Of a stretch of 64,000 nt of DNA, positions 29,195 through 39,891 are shown piece by piece. The translations under genes and the position numbers were made by a program. Numbering within the stretch: the first letter of the stretch is position 1; every line of letters begins with the position of its first letter. The notes beneath the pieces were generated by a model. The model saw only the letters and a list, made by a program, of their open reading frames with translations, did not search any database and was not told the DNA's origin. The stretch is from Candidatus Bathyarchaeota archaeon (GTDB lineage: Archaea; Thermoproteota; Bathyarchaeia; 40CM-2-53-6), in assembly GCA_963733055.1 (NCBI GenBank), contig CAVTBR010000001.1, forward strand, positions 736,001-800,000, written 5' to 3'.

Positions 29195-29456
29195 ACAGTT
29201 CCTCTATTCGGTCGATAATTCTACCTACGTTCTGCTTCTTCATGAAAAGCCCAGTATACTTAGGGCCTTCAAGATCGAAGAGCCATTGCAGGGGACCGAG
29301 GACGACTATTGCCAGCTGCGAAGCAATGAAGGATAGAGGCTTCGTAACCTCAAGGAACATAATTGCGGGTGCTTCAAGCCCCTTACCGACAACGAGCTTA
29401 GCAACGTTGTTGATGAGCTTCTCTTCTTCCTCGTCGGTTAAGTCGAATTCGGACAA
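29178..29456 (-). CDS. Conserved-looking 92-aa hypothetical protein
   Basis: GLEAPAIMFLE..KPLSFIASQ motif. Confidence 0.7.
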   Translation of the reverse strand: MSEFDLTDEEEEKLINNVAKLVVGKGLEAPAIMFLEVTKPLSFIASQLAIVVLGPLQWLFDLEGPKYTGLFMKKQNVGRIIDRIEELSKSEP

Positions 29457-29479
29457 AGCTCGGCAATCATCTTAACCGA

Positions 29480-30277
29480 CTATACTGAACGGAAGACAGT
29501 CTCTTCAGGGTAGACCTCTATGCCCTCAGCCGTAATCCTGTATGGGCACAATCTATCCGTATGTTTGGCGCCGCGCATTTTGCGAACTTCAAGCGCTTTG
29601 ACGTTAGACTCTTCAACTCGGTACATGTGAAGCACGATTACACCCTGCGCAAGAAATGCTTCAGCACCAAAACGCGTCATGTCCTGCCTGTCTTCTGGGT
29701 TCTCGGCCAACATGATTGTAGTGAGGTTCATCTCCGTCAAATCCTTGATGAGTTTCAGCGTCTGCTGCCTAATTTCAAAATCGTCCTTATACTGCAGGGT
29801 GAGGGCCGAAATTGAGTCAATCACGCAGCGCTTTGCATTCACTTTTTGTTTGACTTCTCTGATCGCGGCCACGACGCTATCGATGTTGAATTTGGCGCCT
29901 CCTAGGAAACTTTGGCCGAGAGATGGTGGGACGAACGTGGAGGGTCTTGCCTCACGTTTTATCGGTGAAGCATCGACGAAGGATATCTTCCCGATCTTCT
30001 CCTGCTCATCGAGATTCCAACCGTACCGTTCACTATTCCCGGTGATAGAATATGGTGGCTCGTCGAATGTGACGTACATCCCGCCCTCCCCATATTCGGT
30101 GGCGCCTTTGTACAAGTATTGAACTCCAAATGTAGTCTTTCCCGTACCTGGCCCGCCAAGCAAGAGAAAACTGAAACCTCTAGGCAAGCCGCCTTCGATT
30201 AGTTCATCGAGACCTTTGATCCCGGTCTTGACTCTTTCACTTTCACTCAACGCGAACACTATCCAATATGGAAACAC
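29480..30277 (-). CDS. KaiC/RAD55-like RecA-superfamily ATPase
   Basis: KTGIKGLDELIEGG, Walker A GGPGTGKT, VIDSI and KMRG; start may be TTG ~30250. Confidence 0.92.
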   Translation of the reverse strand: MFPYWIVFALSESERVKTGIKGLDELIEGGLPRGFSFLLLGGPGTGKTTFGVQYLYKGATEYGEGGMYVTFDEPPYSITGNSERYGWNLDEQEKIGKISFVDASPIKREARPSTFVPPSLGQSFLGGAKFNIDSVVAAIREVKQKVNAKRCVIDSISALTLQYKDDFEIRQQTLKLIKDLTEMNLTTIMLAENPEDRQDMTRFGAEAFLAQGVIVLHMYRVEESNVKALEVRKMRGAKHTDRLCPYRITAEGIEVYPEETVFRSV

Positions 30278-30393
30278 AATGGTATCCGTCGTGACCTTCC
30301 ATTTTCAAGTTCGCTAGACTGCCCGCTACCCAATAAAAGATACTATAGGCAGGTTCCACATTATGCCCCATTGCATCCGCAAAGGCCCTGCGC

Positions 30394-31935
30394 ATGGAGC
30401 AAATCCGACGACTAGTTCAGGAACTAGCATTGGCAGGATACCAACTAGACCGATCGGCATACGATTATCTCAAAACCATGGAAGAACCGGAGGCATCAAG
30501 ATTCGCAAAAAACGTCATCCTTTCAATCGGCGACAACACCAACACTTCTCACATATTATCACGACAAGAACTACTCGAGATCTCCACACATCCTCTCTTG
30601 GAGCCCCCGCAGGTCCAAACTTCCGTAGCGCGTACCATCCCGGCGAAGCAAATCTCATCGCGATTAGAAGTTCTCAGAGATCCATCCAAGGAGATCGGCA
30701 CTGGGGGCACCATAGATGACTTTTCTCACTATTTCAGAGATAGATTTCAGAAACTCAACCGGACTTTCCGCGAGCGACCAGACTCAAGAGACGCAACAAG
30801 CTTAGCAGTTGCCCTCGGCCAAGAGCAGAACAAGAAGGTAAAGTTCACCGCGATGGTCATGGAGAAGCGAGAAAGACAGCAAAAACTGTTCTTGCAGCTA
30901 GACGATTTGGAAGATACGGCGACGGTTTTGATTTCGCCGGAGGAAAGAGCAGCATATGAGACAGCCCAAAAGATTCCCCTGGATCAAGTAATATGCGTAG
31001 GCGGGGTCCGGGCGAAGGGAGACCTGTTCGTAGCGAAAGAAATTCTACTCCCTGACATTCCAGATCACAAACCACACTTAGCTGAAGAAGACGTGTGGGC
31101 AATCCTGCTCTCCGACCTTCACGTGGGAAGCAAGAAATTCTTGAGCCGAGAGCTAAGCAGAGTTTTCGACTGGCTAAACCTGAAGATCGGAGACCCGAAC
31201 CAACGGGATATCGCCGAACGGACAAAGTATCTGGTAATCTGCGGCGACATTGTCGACGGCATTGGAATTTATCCGCGGCAGGAACATGAATTGGCAATCG
31301 TTGACCTGTATCAGCAGTACCAGGAGGCGGCCAAATATGTTGGCAGGATACCTGACTATATTGAAACCGTCGTGATTCCTGGGAACCACGACCCCGTCAG
31401 ACAGGCCCTTCCTCAACCGCCCATACCAAGGAATTTTGGGGAACCCCTGTATGAATCACGTGAATTAGTCTCTCTCGGAAACCCAGCCGAGGTTTCCTTT
31501 CACGGCGTCAGGTTCCTTCTACACCACGGCAGAAGCCTAGACGATGTGATCTCAAGTGCTCCAAATGTGGACTTCACTCAACCAGAAAAGGCAATGAGGC
31601 TCCAACTCCAGTGTAGGCATTTAGCGTCAGAGTACGGGAACAGGAGCTCCATTTCTCCTGAGAAGGTTGATCATTTAGTGATTGAGAAAGTTCCGGACGT
31701 TTTCCAATCCGGCCACATACACGTAGTTAGGTACGAGAACTACCGCGGCACTCAGATAATCAACTCTGGAGCTTGGCAAGCACAGACTGACTACCAGAAA
31801 AGAGTCGGCTTGGTTCCAACCCCAGGAATATTGACCGCGTTAAACCTGCACACCATGCAGGTTCGCCTGATAAATTTCATCGAACCCGACTCTAGCATCC
31901 CACAGGGATTGGCCCAACAGATCCCAGCGTACTAA
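30394..31935 (+). CDS. polB: DNA polymerase D small (exonuclease) subunit DP1
   Basis: OB fold plus SDLHVGS, GDIVDG, PGNHD, HGRS and GHIH phosphoesterase motifs. Confidence 0.95.
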   Translation: MEQIRRLVQELALAGYQLDRSAYDYLKTMEEPEASRFAKNVILSIGDNTNTSHILSRQELLEISTHPLLEPPQVQTSVARTIPAKQISSRLEVLRDPSKEIGTGGTIDDFSHYFRDRFQKLNRTFRERPDSRDATSLAVALGQEQNKKVKFTAMVMEKRERQQKLFLQLDDLEDTATVLISPEERAAYETAQKIPLDQVICVGGVRAKGDLFVAKEILLPDIPDHKPHLAEEDVWAILLSDLHVGSKKFLSRELSRVFDWLNLKIGDPNQRDIAERTKYLVICGDIVDGIGIYPRQEHELAIVDLYQQYQEAAKYVGRIPDYIETVVIPGNHDPVRQALPQPPIPRNFGEPLYESRELVSLGNPAEVSFHGVRFLLHHGRSLDDVISSAPNVDFTQPEKAMRLQLQCRHLASEYGNRSSISPEKVDHLVIEKVPDVFQSGHIHVVRYENYRGTQIINSGAWQAQTDYQKRVGLVPTPGILTALNLHTMQVRLINFIEPDSSIPQGLAQQIPAY

Positions 31936-31991
31936 TTTCCTAATTGTACCAACGTGAGCCTGGCGCCGTACTCTGCATGGTCTCGATGTGG

Positions 31992-33025
31992 TCACCATTT
32001 CTCTACGGCTATTTCATCTCCGTTTCTTGAAATGACCACCTCTCGTGAACTGGTCACATAACCGACTCGTTTCGCGGCCGGCAGTATTGCATTGACTCGT
32101 TTCTCCATTTTCCTGGAGCAAACGATTAGGAAGCCTGTTCCCATGTTGAACGTACGGTACATTTCATGATCGGAAACTTTCCCCCGCGCTTGAATCTCCT
32201 GGAAGATCCTTTGGGGTTTCGGGAGGCTGTCCAGGTGAAAACCGACTCTGCCTCTTAACCCGATTCGGTTAAGCTTAGTGTATCCCCCTCCCGTTATGTG
32301 GGCCAAAGCGTGTACTTGCACACGTAATTTGAGGAGTTTCGAAACATGTTTTACGTAGATTCGAGTTGGCGTCAACAATTCTCTCGCTATCTCATTGCTG
32401 GCTCTGTGGGAGAGGAGGAGTTTCCTCGCCAAGGTTACGCCATTACTGTGTATACCGCTACTTCGCAGTCCGAGAACGACGTCCCCTGGTTCGGCTTCCT
32501 CTCCCGTGATAATCCTGTCCTTTCTTACGATGCCGATCACAGTTGCTGATAGGTCGAAGTTACGAACCAGGTCTGGGACGATTGCAGTTTCGCCGGAAAC
32601 AATTGCCACCTCAGCCTCCAATGCCCCCTTTTGCAAGCCCCTCATGATCTCGGAAACGACTTTAGGTCGTGACTTTTCGAGCGCTAGATAATCCACCAAG
32701 GCTAGCGGTTCAGCACCCAGACAGATTATGTCGTTGACGTTCATGGCAACACAGTCGATTCCGATTGTATCGTACTTTCGGCACATTTCGGCTACGAGAG
32801 TTTTCGTTCCGACACCATCGGTATGCATGGCTAGCGCGTAGTCTTCACTTATTTCTATCAAACCAGCGTAATGCTGCCTTATGCCTAGAAACGCGGCCCC
32901 GTTTACTTTCCCTAGTTCGGAACGTTTTTGAAAGAATCCGTTCGATACTTCCGTGAATCTTTGAAACTTCGGTTATGTCAACGCCCGCTTGAGCATAGGT
33001 ATGAACCGACGGTGCACACCCTCAT
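31992..33025 (-). CDS. purM: AIR synthetase; 5' end carries apparent homopolymer frameshifts
   Basis: [26 protein letters not shown] and TFNMG; N-terminal TYAQAGVDI lies in another frame upstream of 32861. Confidence 0.93.
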
Positions 33026-33435
33026 TTGGGGACATCAAGAATTCTCTTAGCCAATCGAGCCGCGTTTTCAGCCCCATCGATCCCAACGGCGCATACAGGG
33101 ACTCCGCGAGGCATTTGAACAATCGAGAGAAGCGAATCCAGGCCCCCCAACGCCTTGTTAATTGGAACTCCTATTACAGGGCGCTGGGTACGCGACGCTA
33201 TGTAGCCGGGTAGGTGCGCGGCGAGACCGGCGATGGCTATGAAGACCTTCGCGTTGCAGGATGCAATGTATGCATCTAACTGCTCATGATTCCTATGGGC
33301 TGATAGCACCTGCGTCTCGTGAGTTACGTTGAGTGAGTCAAGCGTTTGCTCGGCCTGTTTTGCGAACTCCAGATCGCTCTTTGAGCCTACTACGATGGAA
33401 ACTGCGGCATCAACCATTGTTAATCTCTCAATCAC
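33022..33435 (-). CDS. purE: N5-CAIR mutase / AIR carboxylase
   Basis: [18 protein letters not shown] and QMPRGVPV. Confidence 0.95.
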   Translation of the reverse strand: MIERLTMVDAAVSIVVGSKSDLEFAKQAEQTLDSLNVTHETQVLSAHRNHEQLDAYIASCNAKVFIAIAGLAAHLPGYIASRTQRPVIGVPINKALGGLDSLLSIVQMPRGVPVCAVGIDGAENAARLAKRILDVPK

Positions 33436-34187
33436 ACTGACGATTCGAGGAACTGCAGCCTTCTCGCTTGATCGGCCTCATAATCAACAAAGGCTTTCTG
33501 CCTTTCATTCCACTGAAACTCCCAATCTGCCCCACAATCTATGACAACCTTACCGTTCTTGACCTCTGCCCGTCCGTCTACATGCAGTTGAATCGCTTTT
33601 GAGTAAGTTAGGTGTTCGAGATCCAATACTCGACTCGCCAGGATGCCAACAGTATCTCTTGGCTTAATCGCCAATGCAGCTTGAAGGATTACGGGACCAC
33701 CGTCCACGCTCGCATCAACATAATGGACCGTGCACCCTGATTGTTTCTCGCCAGATTGTAGAACTGCTGCGTGCACGCGCTCCCCAAACATTCCGCGTCC
33801 ACCAAACTTTACCAAATCCAAAGCAGGGTGTATGTTCATTATTGCATCGCTGTATGCCTGCACAATCTTTGGCCCAAGAACCTGCATAAACCCAGCAAGC
33901 ACAATGAGATCGATTTCTCGTTCCTTTAGAAGCTCAATGGTGTTGTCGTCGAAATTGTTTCGCGCTTTCTCCTTTTCATGTTTGTCCGCGAACTTCCTCC
34001 CATACACGCCTTCTACGAAGACGGACGCGATCGAGTTGTCTCGAGCAATTCTAGCCGCGGGAGCGGTCTCATCATTCGTGACGAGCAAACCAATCTCGAC
34101 ATTTTTTAGAATACCGAGCCTGGCATGGTCGAGAATGGCTCGGAAGTTTGAGCCTCGGCCAGAAGCGAATACTGCCATGCTTTTCAT
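33432..34187 (-). CDS. purN: Phosphoribosylglycinamide formyltransferase
   Basis: ASGRGSN, LAGFM, NIHP and GCTVHYV..VDGGP. Confidence 0.95.
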   Translation of the reverse strand: MKSMAVFASGRGSNFRAILDHARLGILKNVEIGLLVTNDETAPAARIARDNSIASVFVEGVYGRKFADKHEKEKARNNFDDNTIELLKEREIDLIVLAGFMQVLGPKIVQAYSDAIMNIHPALDLVKFGGRGMFGERVHAAVLQSGEKQSGCTVHYVDASVDGGPVILQAALAIKPRDTVGILASRVLDLEHLTYSKAIQLHVDGRAEVKNGKVVIDCGADWEFQWNERQKAFVDYEADQARRLQFLESSV

Positions 34188-35578
34188 GCCATACCCACCG
34201 ATATAGGCGACGTTGTCAACTTTTCGCCAGAGCGAATTGATTTCATGTGCTCAATCCGCTTCCGAATTAGAGATGTGGTCCCTATATCCGCGCGGTGCCT
34301 CAATGGACCCTTAACTTGGGCGGTAGCTTTCTCCGCGATCCTCTCGGCGACGTCTATTGTGTCCGCGATCCCAGTGACTGCGACCGTTCTTGAGGCGGTC
34401 GTCAAAACATTGCCGCCTCTGAGGTTTACGCTCGCGTAGAAATATCCGGCACCCAGTCGCAGCAAGGCTTCCTCGTCAACAAAAATTGGTTGACCGATTC
34501 TCTCGTCATGAGGGTATCCTTTTGGCACGAGGTATTTGCAGACGGATGCCTTGGGTAGGTAAGGGAGGTATTTCGTCTTCAGCGTACCGGCGGCGATTCG
34601 CTCACAGACTTCCAAGAAATCCACTTCCTCCGAGAGCAAGGAGAGCACATTCAATGCTTCAGGGTCGCCAAACCGGCAGTTGAACTCGATAAGCTTCGGG
34701 CTTGGTTTGTCTTCCTCGAAGCCTTTCGCTATCATGAATTGTCCATAGAGAACGCCTTTGTACTCTTCCCCTGTCTCGACTTTCAATGCGTTAACTACAT
34801 CGTTCATTATTCGGGTGCTTATCTCAAGATCTGCCTCGTACATGAATGGAAGCAAGTGGTCCCGGTCACTGTAACTTCCCATGCCACCGGTGTTTGGCCC
34901 AGAATCATTCTCGTAAGCCCGCTTATGGTCTTGAACGAGGGGCATCGCGTAGACGCCTCGGCCGTCAACGAAAGCTTGAAGTGAGTACTCTTCCCCGTCT
35001 AATCTTTCTTCGACCAGTACTTCATTGCCCCCACCAATCTTGGTCCGAAAGACATCTCTGACATAGGCCAATTCAGATTCCTTGGTTGGAAGGTCTACCC
35101 CCGAGAGTTTGACACCCTTACCTCCCGTCAGACCGGTTGGTTTGATTGCGACAGGCCCAGCGTTCTTCAGGAAATCTTCCGCCGAATTGACATCCGTAAA
35201 CACTCGAAAGATTGGATTTCCAGGAATTTGATATTTGTCTAGAAGCTTTCTGCAGAATACCTTGTCTCCCTCCAAAGAGGCTAGTTTTCGAACTGGCCCA
35301 ACGCATCTCACGCCGAGTTCGCTAAGCTTGTCAACTACCGCATTGACAAGTGATGCTTCGGGGCCTACGACCGCTAACTCTACTCGTACAAGTTTCGCGT
35401 AGTTCGCAACGGCGTAAGGATCGGTAATTTCCATCACCGATGCATTCTCAGCCAGTTTCATTATGCCCGGATTCTTGGAACTCATTGCTGCGTAGAGCTT
35501 AACTTGACCCGTCTTGACGAGCGCGCAAGCTAACGCATGCTCCCTAGCACCGGAGCCTACAAGAAGGACCCGTGTCAA
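34184..35578 (-). CDS. purD: Phosphoribosylamine--glycine ligase
   Basis: GSGAREHA, GKGV, QDHKR, GPNTGGMG and EFNCRFGDPE. Confidence 0.96.
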   Translation of the reverse strand: MTRVLLVGSGAREHALACALVKTGQVKLYAAMSSKNPGIMKLAENASVMEITDPYAVANYAKLVRVELAVVGPEASLVNAVVDKLSELGVRCVGPVRKLASLEGDKVFCRKLLDKYQIPGNPIFRVFTDVNSAEDFLKNAGPVAIKPTGLTGGKGVKLSGVDLPTKESELAYVRDVFRTKIGGGNEVLVEERLDGEEYSLQAFVDGRGVYAMPLVQDHKRAYENDSGPNTGGMGSYSDRDHLLPFMYEADLEISTRIMNDVVNALKVETGEEYKGVLYGQFMIAKGFEEDKPSPKLIEFNCRFGDPEALNVLSLLSEEVDFLEVCERIAAGTLKTKYLPYLPKASVCKYLVPKGYPHDERIGQPIFVDEEALLRLGAGYFYASVNLRGGNVLTTASRTVAVTGIADTIDVAERIAEKATAQVKGPLRHRADIGTTSLIRKRIEHMKSIRSGEKLTTSPISVGMA

Positions 35579-35589
35579 TTCACGGCTTC

Positions 35590-37041
35590 CTAATACTTGA
35601 TGTTCTGGTTCTCGGGCTTAGCCCACATCTCATCCGCAATTTTCTGTGCGAGTGGGGTAGGGTACACTCCAGTTAGGCATGCTAAGCACGTCTCTCGCTT
35701 AGGTAGACCGATTGCTTCTAGGAGGCCATCGATGGTCTGGTAGCAGAGCTCGTCGGCCCCCACAGCTCTTCTGATTTGCTCAACGGTTTTTGAAGACGCA
35801 ATGAGTTCCGAGTGAGTAGACATATCGATTCCGTAGAAACAGGCTGATTTCACTGGGGGGCACGTGACCCATACGTCGACGCGGTTTGCTCCGGCTTCTC
35901 TGAGAAGGGTGACAATCTTCTTCATAGTAGTTCCGCGAACAATGCTGTCGTCCACTAACAGCACATTCTTACCCTCGACCACGGCGCGGACGGCGTTTAG
36001 CTTCAGTCGAACTGCGTTATCCCTTCCCTCCTGGTGTGGCATTATGAACGTCCGTCCCACGTACCGATTCTTGATCAGCCCCTCGAAGACTGGTACTCCT
36101 GTCTCTTGTGAGATACCTTCGGCTGCGGGACGGGCTGTATCGGGAACAGGGACAATTACGTCTGCGTGCGTCCTGTATTTGCGTGCTAAATTTCGACCGA
36201 GTTTAACCCTGACCGAGTATACGTCCTTTCCATCAATGATGGAGTCAGGCCGGCTGAAGTACACGTATTCAAACATGCATTTGGCGTGATTGTTTTGTGA
36301 CCTCAGTTGCGTTCGAACCAGTTTCTCATTTTCACGTGCAATGACCATTTCGCCAGGATTCACGTCCCAATACTCGTGTATGCCGTTTATGTCAAGGGCA
36401 ACGCTCTCCGACGCGAACATGAACAAACCATTCTTTTCCCCGAAACAAAGTGGCCGAAAACCGTTGGGGTCTCTAAACGCGACCAGCTCCCCATTCCCCG
36501 TCAAGACGACGACGGAATAGGCACCCTCAAACTTTGCCACGCAATTTCGAACTGCCTTCTCCAGGTCTCCACCATCGGAGAGTTCGTTTGCGAGAGCCTT
36601 GACCATGACCTCAGCGTCGCAAGTGGCAGACAGGAATGTTCCATTTGATCGGAACTCGGTGCAAAGTTGCGGGAAGTTGACTAGGTTGCCGTTGTGGCAC
36701 AGGGCAATGCCTCCTTTCGGACGGTCCGAGAAGTAAGGCTGAGCAAAATCCTCAATCTTCTGCGGATCAGCCAATGTTTCCGCGTTCGCCGGTTGACCAA
36801 CAGTCGAATATCTTACATGTCCTATTCCCAGATTTCCTTTGAGGCCGTCGAATGCGTCGGCGCTATCTATCAGTCCCAGTTGCTTCCGGTGATAGAATCG
36901 AGTCTTATCGAGCGTGTAAATTCCAAAAGCTTCCTGTCCGCGATGCTGCAGTGCAAGGAGTCCAAGCCAAAGGTTACGCGTAACATTTTCTCCGTTGCTA
37001 ACGGCTCCTACAACCCCACAGCTTTCTTTTACTTCTGCCAA
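35590..37041 (-). CDS. purF: Amidophosphoribosyltransferase
   Basis: N-terminal CG, QHRGQE, GHVRYST, HNGN, VDDSIVRGTT and Fe-S cysteines. Confidence 0.96.
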   Translation of the reverse strand: MAEVKESCGVVGAVSNGENVTRNLWLGLLALQHRGQEAFGIYTLDKTRFYHRKQLGLIDSADAFDGLKGNLGIGHVRYSTVGQPANAETLADPQKIEDFAQPYFSDRPKGGIALCHNGNLVNFPQLCTEFRSNGTFLSATCDAEVMVKALANELSDGGDLEKAVRNCVAKFEGAYSVVVLTGNGELVAFRDPNGFRPLCFGEKNGLFMFASESVALDINGIHEYWDVNPGEMVIARENEKLVRTQLRSQNNHAKCMFEYVYFSRPDSIIDGKDVYSVRVKLGRNLARKYRTHADVIVPVPDTARPAAEGISQETGVPVFEGLIKNRYVGRTFIMPHQEGRDNAVRLKLNAVRAVVEGKNVLLVDDSIVRGTTMKKIVTLLREAGANRVDVWVTCPPVKSACFYGIDMSTHSELIASSKTVEQIRRAVGADELCYQTIDGLLEAIGLPKRETCLACLTGVYPTPLAQKIADEMWAKPENQNIKY

Positions 37042-39236
37042 GGCTCCAAGATCTCCTGCAGAGAATTTGAGTACCTAGTTTTCAGCGCATCAACCTGAAA
37101 TTCTAGATTAGTCGACTTGAGATTGATTCTCAGCGAACCGCCTTCCACTGTCCCCACCGCCGCGGCCGGAACTTTCTTGCTTGAAAGCGACTCCAAGACT
37201 TGCTCAGAATTGTTTGAAGTCAGGATGAACCTTGAATTGGATTCGGAGAATAGCAACCCCTCATCACTTAGGCCAAAAACTGCAGGCGCGTTCCCTAGAT
37301 CTAGGGACACGCCCTTGGCACTTTGAATTGCCATTTCTGCTATGCCAATCCCCAATCCTCCCTTCGAGCAGTCATGGCAAGCTGAAACGAGACCTTGTCT
37401 TATACATTCCAAAACCGCTTTCTGCGTCCTGCCTTCAAGTTGAAAATCGAGTGCAGGTGGCACATTTCCCTTGAGCCCACGTGAGTTGTAGTATTCTGAG
37501 CCGCCCAGCTCTTGTTTCGTCTCTCCAATCACGATTATCGTTTCGTGATTGTTCTTGAATCCGGTTCTTGTGACATGTTCAATCCTATCGACCAATCCGA
37601 GCGCTGTTATGACTGGTGAGGAGTTGATTGCCCTCCGGGTTTCTTCGTCCTGGTTGTAGAAACTGACTTTGCCCCCAACGCAAGGTAGGGCTAGAGATCG
37701 GGCAAGGTAGGCTATGCCCTTAACGGCCATCGAAAATGCCCAGAAGATTTCCTCATCGTTCGGATCACCAAACTGGCAATGGTCTAGGAAAGCTATTGGT
37801 TCAGCACCAACAGCAACGATGTTGCGGCAACATTCCGCGAGAACGCTAGCAGCCCCAACGTAGGGGTCTAAGTCGCAGAACCGTGAATTTCCATCCACTT
37901 TGATGGCGGCTAGTTTTCCGTTGGGCAGCTTCAAGACGGCAGCGTCTGCCGTTCCCGGTTTGGCTACGGTTCTGATTCCAACTTCGTGATCGTACTGCTG
38001 GAAAACCCATTCCTTGCTCGCAATGGCTGGAAAAGCTAAGAGATCCCAGAACGCTCTCTCAAGATCCTTAGAGCCTTGAGGTTCTCGTTCCAGCTTTCGC
38101 ACTTGGGGCATTCTGGCCTTTCTGTTAATTGTGGGCGCGTTTGCGAGAAACTTCGTTGGAAGGTTCGCGATCAGTTCTCCGGAGCGGACGATGGCTATGT
38201 TGCCGCCGGTTGTGACTTCGGCAATGCAGGCGCAGGGTACTCCATACTTGCCCATGACTTCGCTAAGGGCTCCCTCCGATCCTTGTTTGGTTACGAGGAG
38301 CATTCGCTCTTGCGATTCTGAGATCATTACCTCCATAGGATCCATATCCAATTCTCTGACGAGTATCTTCTCTAAGTGGACCTCCAACCCCGTCCCACCT
38401 TTGTCGGCTATCTCAGCGAGTCCTGTAGCTAGGCCCCCGCCTCCCAGATCTTTGCACCCTCTGAGAAGTCCCCTACGACTCGCCTCGAGCGTTGCTTCGA
38501 TGATCAGTTTCTTGGTAAATGGGTCCGGGATTTGAACGGCAGACCTTTCCTTTTCCGAATTGATTCCGAGGGTTCTTGACGCAAACGTGGACCCATGGAT
38601 TCCGTCTCGCCCCGTTGAACCACCAACGAGATAGACGCTGTCTCCGGGACGGTTTGCTTTGGCTAGTAGTAGCTCCTCTTTCTTGCCTACGCCGAGACAG
38701 GCAACATCAACGAGGCAGTTACGTTCGAAGCATTCATCGAATTCGAGCTCCCCCGCTACAGTTGGGATGCCTACGCAGTTACCGTAGTCTGCGATACCTC
38801 GAACTACGTTTTTCATAATCCATTTCGAATGTTCACTTCGGATTATGTCACCGAACTTCAAGGCATCAAGGAGAGCAATTGGTGTTGTCCCCATGCAGAG
38901 TATGTCGCGAATGACTCCGCCTATGCCTGTGGCAGCGCCCCCATACGGGTCAACAGCGCTGGGGTGATTGTGACTTTCAATATGCATTGAGAGAACATAG
39001 CCATCCCCAATGTCCACGACGCCTGAGTCGTATCCTGGACCTAACACTACGCGTTGCCCGCTCGTTGGGAGCTGCGAGAGCAGTGGTTTGGATGATTTGT
39101 AGCTGCAGTGCTCACTCCACTCAGCATCAATCATCGCCCACTCAAGCGCATTCGGTTCCCTACCGAGCGTTCTACGCGCGCACACAACCTCATCAGGTGT
39201 GAGTGTATTTTCAACTTCGACTAACACTTGCTCCAC
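37029..39236 (-). CDS. purL: FGAM synthase large subunit
   Basis: WSEHCSYKSS, ESHNHPS, DLGGGG, SESQERM and GGKVSFYN. Confidence 0.96.
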   Translation of the reverse strand: MEQVLVEVENTLTPDEVVCARRTLGREPNALEWAMIDAEWSEHCSYKSSKPLLSQLPTSGQRVVLGPGYDSGVVDIGDGYVLSMHIESHNHPSAVDPYGGAATGIGGVIRDILCMGTTPIALLDALKFGDIIRSEHSKWIMKNVVRGIADYGNCVGIPTVAGELEFDECFERNCLVDVACLGVGKKEELLLAKANRPGDSVYLVGGSTGRDGIHGSTFASRTLGINSEKERSAVQIPDPFTKKLIIEATLEASRRGLLRGCKDLGGGGLATGLAEIADKGGTGLEVHLEKILVRELDMDPMEVMISESQERMLLVTKQGSEGALSEVMGKYGVPCACIAEVTTGGNIAIVRSGELIANLPTKFLANAPTINRKARMPQVRKLEREPQGSKDLERAFWDLLAFPAIASKEWVFQQYDHEVGIRTVAKPGTADAAVLKLPNGKLAAIKVDGNSRFCDLDPYVGAASVLAECCRNIVAVGAEPIAFLDHCQFGDPNDEEIFWAFSMAVKGIAYLARSLALPCVGGKVSFYNQDEETRRAINSSPVITALGLVDRIEHVTRTGFKNNHETIIVIGETKQELGGSEYYNSRGLKGNVPPALDFQLEGRTQKAVLECIRQGLVSACHDCSKGGLGIGIAEMAIQSAKGVSLDLGNAPAVFGLSDEGLLFSESNSRFILTSNNSEQVLESLSSKKVPAAAVGTVEGGSLRINLKSTNLEFQVDALKTRYSNSLQEILEPWQK

Positions 39237-39889
39237 TCCACCATCGATTCGAACACCTTCAACCCATCTGTCCCACCCAACGCTGAGTCACTCGCCCTCT
39301 CGGGGTGGGGCATCATGCCGACAACGTTTCCAACCTCGTTAGAGATGGCAACTATTCCTCGCGCGGTTCCAGTGGGGTTTTCCTCAGCGTAGCTCATTAC
39401 GACCCTACCATCCGCCGTCAAGGTGTCTAGAACTGTATCATCAGCATAGAAGCGCCCTTCATTGTGTGCTATGGGCATGCTGATTCTGGACTCACTTTCG
39501 AACGCGCAACTGAAAGCCGATCGAATGTTCCTCAGTTGTAAGTTCGTCCATTTGCAAACGAATTTCAGTGAAGAATTGCGAAGAAGCACACCTGGAAGGA
39601 GTCCGGCCTCGACAAGAATTTGGAAACCATTACAAATTCCCAGAACAGGTCTCTCATCATGAGCGATCTTTCGTATACCCTCCAGGGCTGAAGAATGCGC
39701 GGCGATCACACCCGCGCGCAGATGATCACCGAAACTAAAGCCGCCAGGGAGAATAACCGCATCATATGACCGACCGTCAAAGTAGTTATGCCAGACAAGC
39801 TCGGTATCAATCCTAAGAGTATCGTTGAGGACGTGGACGGTATCGCGATCACAGTTGCTTCCTGGAAACTGGATGACCGCTACGTGCAA
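39221..39889 (-). CDS. purQ: FGAM synthase glutaminase subunit
   Basis: FPGSNC, PGGFSFGD, GICNGFQ and MPHPER. Confidence 0.96.
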   Translation of the reverse strand: MHVAVIQFPGSNCDRDTVHVLNDTLRIDTELVWHNYFDGRSYDAVILPGGFSFGDHLRAGVIAAHSSALEGIRKIAHDERPVLGICNGFQILVEAGLLPGVLLRNSSLKFVCKWTNLQLRNIRSAFSCAFESESRISMPIAHNEGRFYADDTVLDTLTADGRVVMSYAEENPTGTARGIVAISNEVGNVVGMMPHPERASDSALGGTDGLKVFESMVEWSKC

Positions 39890-39891
39890 GT

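Noticed and set aside
32885-33025. purM 5' frameshifts, or a PurE-PurM read-through fusion
   Set aside because: Single-base corrections in homopolymers restore an ATGA-coupled purM, and there is no insert of intron size
34690-34730. Hairpin in the purD loop KGFEEDKPSP as an intron
   Set aside because: BHB-type cuts would delete the conserved Pro before KLIEFN, and the geometry is not convincing
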